Shown here one piece after another: positions 1-8,124 of a stretch of DNA of 24,000 nucleotides; the first letter of the stretch is position 1; every line of letters begins with the position of its first letter. Made by a program: the position numbers and the translations under genes. Below the pieces are notes generated by a model. The model was given only the letters and a program-made list of their open reading frames with translations. It had not been told where the DNA came from and made no database searches. The DNA comes from Luteitalea sp. GTDB taxonomy: Bacteria > Acidobacteriota > Vicinamibacteria > Vicinamibacterales > Vicinamibacteraceae. Location of the stretch: the NCBI GenBank assembly GCA_009377495.1, contig WHTZ01000015.1, positions 40,160 through 64,159 on the forward strand. Direction: 5' to 3'.

Positions 1-557
1 TGTCGTTTGCGACCTTCGTGCCGGTGTTGCTGACCGAGCAAGGTATGAGCGTGAGTCAAGCGGGGCGCGCCGTGGCGCTGTATCTGTTTGCGTGCGGCAT
101 TGGAGGCTTCTGGGGTGGCACGCTTGCCGATCGATTCGGTCCGCGTCGCGTCATTATCATCTCACTGGTTGCCGCGACTCCGTTCGTGCTGACGTCGCTC
201 CTCTTCGACCGCTGGACGTTCGCGCTGTTGCTGGCGGTCGGAGGCTGCTTCCTGCAATCGACCCAGCCGGTGAACGTCAGCTTCGCGCAGACGCTCGCGC
301 CTCGCCACGCGGCGACGGTGTCGTCGCTGATGATGGGTGCAGCCTGGGGCATGGGCGGCATCCTGGCGCCCGCCACCGGGTGGGTTGGCGATCAGCTCGG
401 ACTGCGCGTCACGCTGTTCCTCCTGGGCTTGCTGCCGTTGGTGGCAGCCGCGTGCGCAGCCCGGTTGCCCGAGGATAGGCGCGTGCACGCACCCGCCAGG
501 TCCGCGGAGGTCGGCGTCGCGGAACCTGCTGGCACCGGCAACGCCGGTGCCGCATGA
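1..557 (+). CDS. MFS-type transporter, C-terminal fragment (gene continues off the left edge)
   Basis: The reading frame is open from the window edge (frame of position 3) to TGA at 555-557. The translation is a run of hydrophobic helices (LVAATPFVLTSLLF, FALLLAVGGCFLQS, AAWGMGGILAPATGWVGD, LFLLGLLPLVAAACA) typical of the C-terminal half of major facilitator proteins. Third codon positions are GC-rich. Confidence 0.7.
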   Translation, partial: SFATFVPVLLTEQGMSVSQAGRAVALYLFACGIGGFWGGTLADRFGPRRVIIISLVAATPFVLTSLLFDRWTFALLLAVGGCFLQSTQPVNVSFAQTLAPRHAATVSSLMMGAAWGMGGILAPATGWVGDQLGLRVTLFLLGLLPLVAAACAARLPEDRRVHAPARSAEVGVAEPAGTGNAGAA

Positions 558-646
558 GGGGTGAGCGGCGGCCAGAGGCCGGCGCGAGCCGCGACCGGCG
601 GTCGGGGCGAGGCCAACCTGCTGGGGCCGGCGCGCGCCCAAACCGG

Positions 647-675
647 TTGACGCGTTGCGCAACGCACACTAGCCT
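647..675 (+). promoter_or_regulatory. Candidate sigma-70-type promoter (TTGACG-N17-TAGCCT) with an embedded perfect 14-bp palindrome, upstream of the rhomboid gene
   Basis: TTGACG at 647-652, a 17-nt spacer, then TAGCCT at 670-675. GCGTTGCGCAACGC at 652-665 is its own reverse complement. The GTG start at 682 lies only 6 nt after the -10-like hexamer. Confidence 0.3.
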
Positions 676-681
676 ACCGTT

Positions 682-1416
682 GTGGCTTACCCCTATGGCT
701 CGTCCGGTGTGACGTACCGCTTCGGTCCTGGCGGAGTGACGTACGCCATCAAGTGGCTGCTCATTATCAACGTCGTCGCCTTCCTGCTCACGGTCGCCGT
801 CCCGTCACTCATTATCTACTTCGGCCTGACGCCTTCCGCGGTGTTCGGCGGCGCCTGGCTGTGGCAGATCCTCACCTACCAGTTTCTGCACGATCCGCAC
901 TCGATCTTCCACATCCTGTTCAACATGCTGATGCTCTGGATGTTCGGCGTGGATCTGGAGCGCACGTGGGGAACGCGGGCGTTCGTGCACTACTACTTGC
1001 TGTGCGGCACCGGTGCAGCCGCAGCGACGCTCGTCGTAGCGCTGCTGCCATTCGATTTCGGACGCACCCTGTATTACACAACGACCATCGGCGCGTCTGG
1101 CGCGTTGTACGGCGTTCTGGCAGCGTACGGTTTGCTCTTCCCCAATCGGCTCATCTTGCTGCTTTTCTTCCCCGTGCCCGCCCGTTACGCCGTGATGATT
1201 CTCGGAGCCATTGCAGTCTTCTACACGATGACCGGCCTCCAGGCTGGGGTGGCCAACCTCGCACACCTGGGCGGTCTGGTAACGGGGTACCTCTACCTCA
1301 CGCGTGGCCGTGGTGGCCCGCTGGCGGAGCTGAAGTACCGCTACATGAAGTGGAAGATCAACCGCCTGCGCAAGCGCTTCGACCTGCGACCAGGCGGCCG
1401 CGGCTGGCCGCATTGA
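682..1416 (+). CDS. Rhomboid family intramembrane serine protease
   Basis: 244-aa polytopic membrane ORF. It carries the rhomboid signatures: the WR-like loop FLHDPHSIFHILFNMLMLWMFG, catalytic serine motif GASGALYGVLAAY, and catalytic histidine helix AHLGGLVTGYLY. Confidence 0.9.
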   Translation: MAYPYGSSGVTYRFGPGGVTYAIKWLLIINVVAFLLTVAVPSLIIYFGLTPSAVFGGAWLWQILTYQFLHDPHSIFHILFNMLMLWMFGVDLERTWGTRAFVHYYLLCGTGAAAATLVVALLPFDFGRTLYYTTTIGASGALYGVLAAYGLLFPNRLILLLFFPVPARYAVMILGAIAVFYTMTGLQAGVANLAHLGGLVTGYLYLTRGRGGPLAELKYRYMKWKINRLRKRFDLRPGGRGWPH

Positions 1417-1428
1417 GGAAGGGATAGA

Positions 1429-1764
1429 TTACGCCGTTACCGCGTTTCGCACCGGGCTGAAGACACCGAGCACGAACGTATCTTCGAGCGCCACCACCTG
1501 ATGCGCGCGGTGTCCCGGGATGCGGAGCACCTCGCCTTCGCGCACGGTCAGCTCCTCGCCGTCGACAAGGAAGCGGAGCGCACCCTGTAGGACATAGGTC
1601 ATCTGCTCGCTCTCGTGCTCGTGCAGCGGAACGAGGGTACCCTGCTTTAAATAGACCTGCGCCAGCATTTCACGATCGCCCACGACCACCTTGCGCGCAA
1701 CCATCTCGGTCACTTTTTCTAGTGCGATTTCATCCCACTGATAGAGGCGAGGCAAGGAGGACAT
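1429..1764 (-). CDS. Small cupin-domain protein
   Basis: An internal ATG at 1764 gives a 111-aa protein MSSLPRLYQW... It has cupin metal-motif-like segments (GTLVPLHEHESEQMTYVLQG, GEVLRIPGHRAHQV). The upstream 31 codons of the tracked ORF (Cys/His-rich, AT-rich DNA) look non-coding. Confidence 0.8.
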   Translation of the reverse strand: MSSLPRLYQWDEIALEKVTEMVARKVVVGDREMLAQVYLKQGTLVPLHEHESEQMTYVLQGALRFLVDGEELTVREGEVLRIPGHRAHQVVALEDTFVLGVFSPVRNAVTA

Positions 1765-1802
1765 GAGGTGCTTTCTACTGCGGTCGATTATTCCACAAAG
1801 GC

Positions 1803-1851
1803 ACACAGATAGACACAGATGAAAACAGACACAGATATGGTTTGATCTGTG
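1803..1851. promoter_or_regulatory. Operator-like repeat cluster: 3 direct ACACAGAT copies plus one inverted copy, in the AT-rich cupin/E1 divergent intergenic region
   Basis: ACACAGAT at 1803-1810, 1813-1820 and 1829-1836. ATCTGTG at 1845-1851 forms the inverted repeat CACAGAT-N8-ATCTGTG with the third copy. The cluster lies 39-87 nt upstream of the cupin ATG. Confidence 0.4.
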
Positions 1852-2024
1852 GGCCAATGTTCTAGCGGACGCTCAAGGGTTCTGGGATCCTCTCTACCTG
1901 AATTGCGCGATCCGGCCGGCTGGTATACATTGCCCGATGGCCCCGGGCAACCGCGGCCGACCGGGGTCCTCACGCGGCGTGACCGCGCGGGGCGCACCGC
2001 GTGGAGTGGAGGAGACCGAGCGCT

Positions 2025-4160
2025 ATGAAAGCATCGGCCGCGACGACCGGCGTTGCCCCTGCCCCGGACTCGAAGTACCAAGGCCTCATCCGCGACGACC
2101 TGCTCCGCGCCTACCGCACGATGCTGCTGTCGCGGAAGCTCGATGACAAGGAGATTCAGCTCAAGAACCAGAGCCAGATCTTCTTTCAAATCAGTGGAGC
2201 CGGGCACGAAGCCGTAACCGCAGCGGCTGGATTCTGTCTGCGCCCAGGCAAGGACTGGGTCTACGCGTACTATCGAGATCGCGCGTTGTGCCTGCTGCTC
2301 GGCGTGACGCCGTACGAGATGTTGTTGCAAGGCGTCGGCGCGAGGGATGACCCGGCATCCGGCGGTCGACAAATGCCCTCACACTGGGGCCATCGTCAAT
2401 GGAACATCGTCTCGCAGTCGAGCCCGACGGGAACACAGTGCTTGCAGGCCGTGGGTTGCGCCGAGGCCGCGCTACTCTACGATCGCATCACCGATATCGA
2501 CGGACGCGAGGCCCTGTACGCTCCGGACGAGGTGACGTATCTCTCGGTGGGCGACGGCGCGACCAGCGAGGGCGAGTTTTGGGAGTCGCTCAACACCGCG
2601 TGCACTCGTCTGCTTCCGTTGGTGATTCTCGTCGAGGACAATGGCTACGCCATCTCGGTCCCGGTTGACGTCCAAACACCGGGCGGCGATGTCTCGCGCC
2701 TCGTCGAGGGGTTTCCAAACCTCAAGGTGCTGCGCGTGGACGGCACGGACTTCGTGGCGAGTTATGGCGCCATGCGCGAGGCGGTGCAATACTCGCGGGC
2801 GCGGCGCGGCCCAGCGCTCGTCCACGCTCAGGTGACGCGCCCTTACTCGCACTCCCTGTCGGACGATGAGCGGCTCTACAAGAGCGCTGAGCTGCGCCGG
2901 CAGGAGGCGGAGCGAGATCCGATTCCGCGACTGCGCGCCCTTCTCCTCGACGAGCGTCTTGCGACCGCGGCCGACCTCGACACGATGGCCCGCGAGCTCG
3001 ATCGTGACATTGCCGAAGCCGCGGATCGGGCGCTCGCCGCACCCAAGCCACGCCGTAGCTCGGCTGCGCTGTACGTTTACTCTCCCGTTGTCGACCCGGC
3101 CTCGCGGGTCTTCGAGGGCACACCGGTGGCGGACGGCCCGACCGAGACGATGGTCGGCACGATTAATCGGACGCTGAAGGACGAGATGGCGCGTAATCCG
3201 CGCATCGTCGTCTTCGGTGAGGACGTCGCCGACTGCAGCCACGAAGAGTGGCTGTCCGAGGTGCCGGGCAAGGGTGGTGTCTTCAAGGTGACGCACGGTC
3301 TGCAACGACAGCATGGGAGCGATCGCGTCTTCAACTCACCGCTCGCAGAAGCCAACATCATCGGACGAGCCATTGGAATGGCGACGCGCGGGCTGAAGCC
3401 GGTCGTCGAGATCCAGTTCTTCGATTACATCTGGCCGGCGATGATGCAGATTCGCGACGAGATGTCGATGCTGCGCTATCGATCGAACAACAACTTCGCA
3501 TGCCCGGTTGTCATGCGAGTACCGATTGGTGGCTATCTACGCGGCGGTGCACCGTACCATAGCCAGTCTGGCGAGAGCATCTTCGCGCATTGCCCTGGCC
3601 TGCGCGTCGTCTTTCCGTCGAACGCGGTTGACGCGGCCGGGCTGTTGCGCACGGCCATTCGATGCGACGACCCCGTCCTCTTCCTGGAGCACAAGCACCT
3701 CTACCGACAGACTTACAACAAGGGCGTCTATCCTGGTGCCGCGTTCACGATTCCATTCGCTCGAGCGGCTATCCGGCGCGAAGGCACCGACCTGGTCGTG
3801 ATCACGTGGGGGGCGCTCGTACAACGCAGCCTGCTCGCCGCGCAGCAGGCCGAGAAAGAAGGCATCAGCGTGAGCGTGATCGATCTGCGGTCGCTGATGC
3901 CTTTCGACTGGGAAGCCATCGCCGAGGCCGTACGTCGCACGAGCCGGGTCGTCGTGGCACACGAGGACGCCCTCACCTGTGGCTTCGGCGCGGAGCTCGC
4001 CGCACGGATTGCTCAGGAGCTGTTCGACTACCTCGACGCGCCGGTGACCCGTGTCGGCGCCCTCGACGCCCCAGTGGCTTACTACCCTGAGCTCGAAGAG
4101 GAAATCCTGCCCCAGACAGCCGACGTGCTCGCGGCCATCCAACAGGTGGCTCGGTATTGA
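2025..4160 (+). CDS. TPP-dependent 2-oxoacid dehydrogenase E1 component, fused alpha+beta subunits
   Basis: ATG at 2025 is preceded by GGAGGAG at 2009-2015. The N-terminal half has E1-alpha features ([17 protein letters not shown]-binding [15 protein letters not shown]...[10 protein letters not shown]). The C-terminal half is E1-beta/transketolase-like ([58 protein letters not shown]). Total 711 aa. Confidence 0.9.
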   Translation: MKASAATTGVAPAPDSKYQGLIRDDLLRAYRTMLLSRKLDDKEIQLKNQSQIFFQISGAGHEAVTAAAGFCLRPGKDWVYAYYRDRALCLLLGVTPYEMLLQGVGARDDPASGGRQMPSHWGHRQWNIVSQSSPTGTQCLQAVGCAEAALLYDRITDIDGREALYAPDEVTYLSVGDGATSEGEFWESLNTACTRLLPLVILVEDNGYAISVPVDVQTPGGDVSRLVEGFPNLKVLRVDGTDFVASYGAMREAVQYSRARRGPALVHAQVTRPYSHSLSDDERLYKSAELRRQEAERDPIPRLRALLLDERLATAADLDTMARELDRDIAEAADRALAAPKPRRSSAALYVYSPVVDPASRVFEGTPVADGPTETMVGTINRTLKDEMARNPRIVVFGEDVADCSHEEWLSEVPGKGGVFKVTHGLQRQHGSDRVFNSPLAEANIIGRAIGMATRGLKPVVEIQFFDYIWPAMMQIRDEMSMLRYRSNNNFACPVVMRVPIGGYLRGGAPYHSQSGESIFAHCPGLRVVFPSNAVDAAGLLRTAIRCDDPVLFLEHKHLYRQTYNKGVYPGAAFTIPFARAAIRREGTDLVVITWGALVQRSLLAAQQAEKEGISVSVIDLRSLMPFDWEAIAEAVRRTSRVVVAHEDALTCGFGAELAARIAQELFDYLDAPVTRVGALDAPVAYYPELEEEILPQTADVLAAIQQVARY

Positions 4161-4271
4161 ACACCGGGCCGCTCATGAGACGAACTCAGGTGCCAACTCC
4201 AGGGACCTACCCGATCGGGTGATCCGCGAACGTCCGCCGTTCGCTATCGTGGGCTCAGGAGGAACGACATC

Positions 4272-5180
4272 GTGAGCTCCCAGTCTCTTTGGCAACAGCT
4301 TTCGAACGACATCGCCACCGGGGTGCGAACGGCGGCATCGAGTCTCGTCCGTATCGGCGTGCCAGCCGGACGCCCCGCAACCGGTCTCATCCTCGCACCG
4401 GACCTCGTGATCGCAGCCGACCACGCCGTTGCGGTGGACGATGACCTCGAGATCGCGCGGGACGGCCAGCGTGCTCAGGCTACGGTGGTTGGACGTGATC
4501 CGGTGGTCGACCTCGCGGTGCTTCGCGCGAGTGGATTAGACGGCGCGCCGCTGACGCTCGCCGAGGGCCTGCCGCAGATCGGCGAGATCGTGGTCGGTGT
4601 CTGGCGTGACTGGCGTGGCGGCCTCGCGTCCGCATCGAGTCTCGTCGCGGGGCTCCCGGGGCCCATTCGCGTTGGTCGTGGGACGAGTCTCGACGCGCTC
4701 ATCCGGACCACGTTGCTTCCGGCGCGCGGCATGTCTGGCGGCGCGCTCCTCAGCGCCTCGGGTCAGGTCACCGGCGTGTTAACAGTCGGTCTTGGGCGCG
4801 GTACTGTCGTTGCGCTCCCGGCAGAAACCGTTCGACGTGCGGTCGACGAGCTGCAGGCGCATGGCCGCATTCGCCGCGGCTACGTTGGCGTTGCCCTCCA
4901 GCGCGTTCGGCTGCCGGCAAGTCAGCGCATTGACCAGGGCCAGCGCACCGTCCTGCTCGTTGTCGGCGTCGAAGAGAAAGGGCCCGCTGCTCACGCGGAG
5001 ATTCAGGTTGGTGACCTGATCGTCGGGTGTGAAGGTGAACGCCTCAGCGACGTTGAGGACCTGCAGGCGGCGCTTCGGGCCGATCGCGTTGGACAGCCGA
5101 TCGCGCTGGACCTCTTGCGCGGTGGTTCGGCGCTTCGGGTCACTGTCATCGTCGGCGAGCGCGGGCGTCGTGCCGCATAA
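4272..5180 (+). CDS. Trypsin-like (S1C-like) serine protease with C-terminal PDZ domain, no signal peptide
   Basis: GTG at 4272 lies 9 nt after AGGAGG (4257-4262). Candidate triad: His in LVIAADHAV, Asp in VVDLAVLRA, Ser in ARGMSGGALL. The PDZ-like C-terminus is RGYVGVAL...VGDLIVGCEGERLSDVEDLQ. There is no hydrophobic N-terminal segment. Confidence 0.8.
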   Translation: MSSQSLWQQLSNDIATGVRTAASSLVRIGVPAGRPATGLILAPDLVIAADHAVAVDDDLEIARDGQRAQATVVGRDPVVDLAVLRASGLDGAPLTLAEGLPQIGEIVVGVWRDWRGGLASASSLVAGLPGPIRVGRGTSLDALIRTTLLPARGMSGGALLSASGQVTGVLTVGLGRGTVVALPAETVRRAVDELQAHGRIRRGYVGVALQRVRLPASQRIDQGQRTVLLVVGVEEKGPAAHAEIQVGDLIVGCEGERLSDVEDLQAALRADRVGQPIALDLLRGGSALRVTVIVGERGRRAA

Positions 5181-5203
5181 CGGGAGTCGCCGAGCGTCAT
5201 GGT

Positions 5204-5863
5204 ATGAGACCGGTCGTAGTGGTGGCATCCACTGCCGCACGCCGAGAGGCGTTGGTGAGAGCGCTCGGATCGACTGACGCTTCAGCCGAGGTCTGGTCCG
5301 CTGACCTCGCCGACCTCACACGGGCCGACGCGGATGATCTACTGGTCGTCGATGGTGTCGAGCTCGCGCGCGCAGTCGCGAGCTCCGTGGGCCGCTCGGC
5401 ACGCCTCTTGGTCCTGGATGACGACCCTGCCGCGGCGGATCGCCTGCTCGATCTGCCAGTCGCTACATGGGGGCTGATTCCGGCACGGGCGCCCATTGCA
5501 CAGGTTGTGGCGGCCTCCGCGGCTGTCGACGCTGGCTTGGTCGTCTTGCCTCGATCAATGCGAGAGCTGCCACATCTGGCAGCCGTCGCGATCGACGGAG
5601 CGGGTGAACTCGACAGGCTCGACGTCGACCGGCACGGTGGGACATCGAACGAGCTGGCAGGCGACGAGTCGCTCACGAGGCGTGAGGGCGAGGTGCTCGA
5701 GCTGCTGGTACAAGGGCTCTCGAATCGGCGTATCGGCGCCGCGCTCGGCATCAGCGAGCACACGGTGAAGTTTCACGTGGCATCCATTTATGGCAAGCTG
5801 CGCGCGAGCAGCCGCGCCGACCTGGTGCGTCGTGCCCTGAGGCGTGGCTTGGTAGCGCTGTAA
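5204..5863 (+). CDS. LuxR/NarL-family transcriptional regulator with an atypical (pseudo-)receiver N-terminal domain
   Basis: The C-terminal LuxR HTH is LTRREGEVLELLVQGLSNRRIGAALGISEHTVKFHVASIYGKL. The N-terminal alpha/beta region has a receiver-like layout but lacks the acidic DD pair after strand 1 (PVVVVASTAARR). Confidence 0.85.
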   Translation: MRPVVVVASTAARREALVRALGSTDASAEVWSADLADLTRADADDLLVVDGVELARAVASSVGRSARLLVLDDDPAAADRLLDLPVATWGLIPARAPIAQVVAASAAVDAGLVVLPRSMRELPHLAAVAIDGAGELDRLDVDRHGGTSNELAGDESLTRREGEVLELLVQGLSNRRIGAALGISEHTVKFHVASIYGKLRASSRADLVRRALRRGLVAL

Positions 5864-5868
5864 CAGTC

Positions 5869-6855
5869 GTGACTGAATCAACGCTTTCTCCACCTCCGGA
5901 CATCGACCTGCTCGACGCTTATTCGTGCGCCGTGACGCAGGCGGTAGCTCATGCGGCGCCCTCGGTCGTGAAGATCGAGGGCGACCGCTCGCGCCGAGCG
6001 CGCTTCCGCGAGACGGAACGCTTCGAGCCGTCGCACAGCGGCTCCGGCTTCCTCTTCACGCCGGACGGCTTCATCCTGACCAACAGCCACGTGGTCTCGG
6101 GCATGGCCGGGTTACGCGTGCAACTGGCGGATGGTCGAACGCTCGATGCCGACCTGGTCGGTAACGATCCGGACACCGATCTCGCCGTTGTGCGCATCTC
6201 CGACGGCGACACGCTAGCCGCGCTTCGTTTCGGAGACTCACGAGCCATTCGTGTCGGCCAGCTCGCCATCGCGCTGGGCAACCCGTACGGCTTTCAGTGC
6301 ACCGTGACCGCGGGTGTCGTGAGCGCGCTCGGACGATCCCTTCGCGCCCGCTCCGGTCGCCTGCTCGACGATGTGATTCAAACAGACGCGGCGCTCAATC
6401 CGGGTAACTCGGGCGGGCCGCTCGTCAGCTCAGCGGGTGAGGTTATCGGCGTCAACACGGCAATCATCCTGCCCGCACAGGGTATTTCATTTGCGATTGC
6501 CAGTAACACGGCGCGCTATGTCGCCAGCCGATTGATTCGGGATGGTCGCATCCGCCGTAGCTACATCGGCGTCGCAGGTCAGAACACGCCGTTGCCGCGG
6601 GCCGTGGCGCGCCAGCACCAGTTGCAGACGGAATCCGGCGTTCAGGTCCTCTCTATCGAGCCGGATGGCCCCGCCGCCCGCACCTCACTCACGCGAGGCG
6701 ACGTCATCGTCGGTCTCGACGAAACGCCCATCGGTGGCATCGACGACCTGCATCGGCTGCTGACGGAGGAGCGCGTGCGCGCCGAGACACTCCTCGACGT
6801 CGTGCGGGATACCAAGCGCATCCGGATTCGCATCGTACCCGGTGAGCGGGCGTAG
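5869..6855 (+). CDS. HtrA/DegP-like S1C serine protease with one PDZ domain, no signal peptide
   Basis: GTG at 5869 is 5 nt after the LuxR stop. Canonical triad context: ILTNSHVV (His), DTDLAVVRI (Asp), GNSGGPLV (Ser). PDZ: RRSYIGVAG...GDVIVGLDETPIGGIDDLHRLL. Confidence 0.9.
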   Translation: MTESTLSPPPDIDLLDAYSCAVTQAVAHAAPSVVKIEGDRSRRARFRETERFEPSHSGSGFLFTPDGFILTNSHVVSGMAGLRVQLADGRTLDADLVGNDPDTDLAVVRISDGDTLAALRFGDSRAIRVGQLAIALGNPYGFQCTVTAGVVSALGRSLRARSGRLLDDVIQTDAALNPGNSGGPLVSSAGEVIGVNTAIILPAQGISFAIASNTARYVASRLIRDGRIRRSYIGVAGQNTPLPRAVARQHQLQTESGVQVLSIEPDGPAARTSLTRGDVIVGLDETPIGGIDDLHRLLTEERVRAETLLDVVRDTKRIRIRIVPGERA

Positions 6856-7062
6856 TACACGCCATTCATGAGGGCGCACGTCATTCACGGTTGAAGCTCG
6901 CCCAGCAACCTGCTAGACTGCCCTCATCGGGTTGAACCGATGCGAATCCTCATCTGACCCCCACTCGCGCGACTTCTTCTGGGTCGCTCCCTCTTTCCAG
7001 GTCTCACGGTGTTCTTCGTGTGACCGATCTCGTTCAACGTCCAGATAGAACGCCGCGTTTCT

Positions 7063-7128
7063 AGTAGCGAAGATCCGCCCCACCGTGGTTCGCCTAGGCT
7101 CGGCGGTTTGAGGCGGAGCTTCGCTACT
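7063..7128 (+). other. Long imperfect hairpin in the 316-nt leader/intergenic region upstream of the ABC transporter
   Basis: AGTAGCGAAG (7063-7072) pairs with CTTCGCTACT (7119-7128). TCCGCC (7074-7079) pairs with GGCGGA (7112-7117). That gives 16 bp with one 1x1 mismatch and a 32-nt apical region that has its own small stems. Confidence 0.35.
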
Positions 7129-7178
7129 GTCCCCGTTTCCACCCTTTCACAATGGGCTCCTAGGCCAGCGAGGTGATC

Positions 7179-8120
7179 ATGTCGGATCCAGCCATCAACG
7201 TGGACGGGCTCGTGAAGCTCTTTACCCGACGCGGCCAACCGCCCGTGCGGGCGGTGGATGGCCTGTGCTTTCGCGTCGAGCCTGGCGTGATCTTTGGTTT
7301 GCTCGGGCCCAACGGCGCCGGCAAGACCACGACGCTTCGCATTCTCACGACGTTGACGACGCCCACGGCGGGTGTCGCGCAGGTCGCGGGGTACGACGTG
7401 GTGGCGGCGCCGCTCGAGGTGCGCCGGCGCATTGCGGTCGTGATCCAGGCAAGCGCGGCAGAGCTCCTACTTTCAACGCGCGAGAACCTGCTCACGTTTG
7501 CGCGGTTCCATGGCCTGTCGGGGCAAGAGCTGCGCCGCCGGGCCGATCGCGTGCTCGAGCAACTCGGTTTGACCGAAGAAGCCAACCGCAAGGTTCAGGA
7601 TCTGAGCGGCGGCTTTCGGCGACGGGTCCAGGTAGCCAAAATCTTCATGGTCGACACGCCCGTCGTGTTCCTGGACGAGTTTTCAACGGGCATGGATCCG
7701 ATTCTGAAGCGGTCACTCATGCACGCGCTCCAAGAAGAGGCGCACCGGGGTCGCACCATCGTGCTGACCACGCACATCTTGAGCGAAGCCGAAGAGCTCT
7801 GCGACGACATTCTCATCATGAACCGTGGCCGTCAAGTCGCGCGGGGCGACCTCACATCGCTCAAGCTCCTTTCTCAGGGAGTGTACGAGGTGACGATCGC
7901 GTTCGATGAGCTACCGGCGGGCATCGACAGCGCGCTAGCGGCGCTTCGGCCGCTACGGTCGAGTGTGAACGGTCACACGATCGAAATTGCACTGAAGGAA
8001 GAGGAGTCCCGCGTCCTCGACCTAGCGGCAGGCCTGGCGCGGCTCGGACACGTACGACACGTCGATCTCAGCGGCGCCAGCCTCGAGGATGTGTTCATCG
8101 AGCTCATGGAGGAGTCCTGA
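7179..8120 (+). CDS. ABC transporter ATP-binding protein (ABC-2/DrrA-like exporter type)
   Basis: ATG at 7179 follows GAGGTG; an alternative GTG is at 7173. Walker A GPNGAGKTT, signature LSGGFRRRVQVA, Walker B VVFLDEFSTGMD, H-loop TTHIL. The C-terminal accessory domain is typical of the DrrA family. Confidence 0.9.
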   Translation: MSDPAINVDGLVKLFTRRGQPPVRAVDGLCFRVEPGVIFGLLGPNGAGKTTTLRILTTLTTPTAGVAQVAGYDVVAAPLEVRRRIAVVIQASAAELLLSTRENLLTFARFHGLSGQELRRRADRVLEQLGLTEEANRKVQDLSGGFRRRVQVAKIFMVDTPVVFLDEFSTGMDPILKRSLMHALQEEAHRGRTIVLTTHILSEAEELCDDILIMNRGRQVARGDLTSLKLLSQGVYEVTIAFDELPAGIDSALAALRPLRSSVNGHTIEIALKEEESRVLDLAAGLARLGHVRHVDLSGASLEDVFIELMEES

Positions 8121-8124
8121 CGTC

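Noticed and set aside
530-544. TGGCAC-N5-ACGC with correct GG-N10-GC spacing near the end of the MFS gene. Similar TGGCAC hits occur at about 18309 and about 10100
   Set aside because: The -12 element lacks the TTGC core at 530-544, and GC dinucleotides are expected by chance in this composition. The 18309 hit has no GC at the right spacing. The 10100 hit is inside, and antisense to, a coding region.
1765-1857. Upstream extensions of tracked ORFs: cupin 1765-1857, chimeric ORF 19328-19423, hemA 16806-16892, permease 8089-8124 and E1 2001-2024
   Set aside because: The extensions are AT-rich or overlap upstream genes, and they encode Cys/His/Arg-rich peptides. They are followed by internal ATG/GTG starts with better context: a ribosome-binding site, stop-start coupling, or a family-typical N-terminus.
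2472-3314. Long antisense ORFs: 2472-3314 (-), 3537-4142 (-), 16974-17912 (-), 18364-19005 (-), 20341-21132 (-), 22078-22674 (-), plus the off-frame plus-strand ORFs 7265-7909, 8352-8921 and 18348-19208
   Set aside because: Each lies entirely within a gene that carries clear family motifs on the other strand or in another frame. Their translations are Arg/Pro/Ala-rich with no recognisable motifs.
6928-6965. tRNA T-arm-like string GATGCGAATCCTCATC, possibly a tRNA gene or an integration att remnant
   Set aside because: The loop lacks the conserved TTC (it reads TGCGAAT). No 5-bp T stem, acceptor stem or CCA-compatible 3' end can be drawn, and there is no integrase nearby.
6924-7238. 104-aa minus-strand ORF in the long spacer upstream of the ABC transporter
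   Set aside because: It overlaps the ABC ATPase start region, has no ribosome-binding site, and has an Arg/Gly-rich composition with weak third-position GC bias. The region is better explained as structured non-coding sequence.
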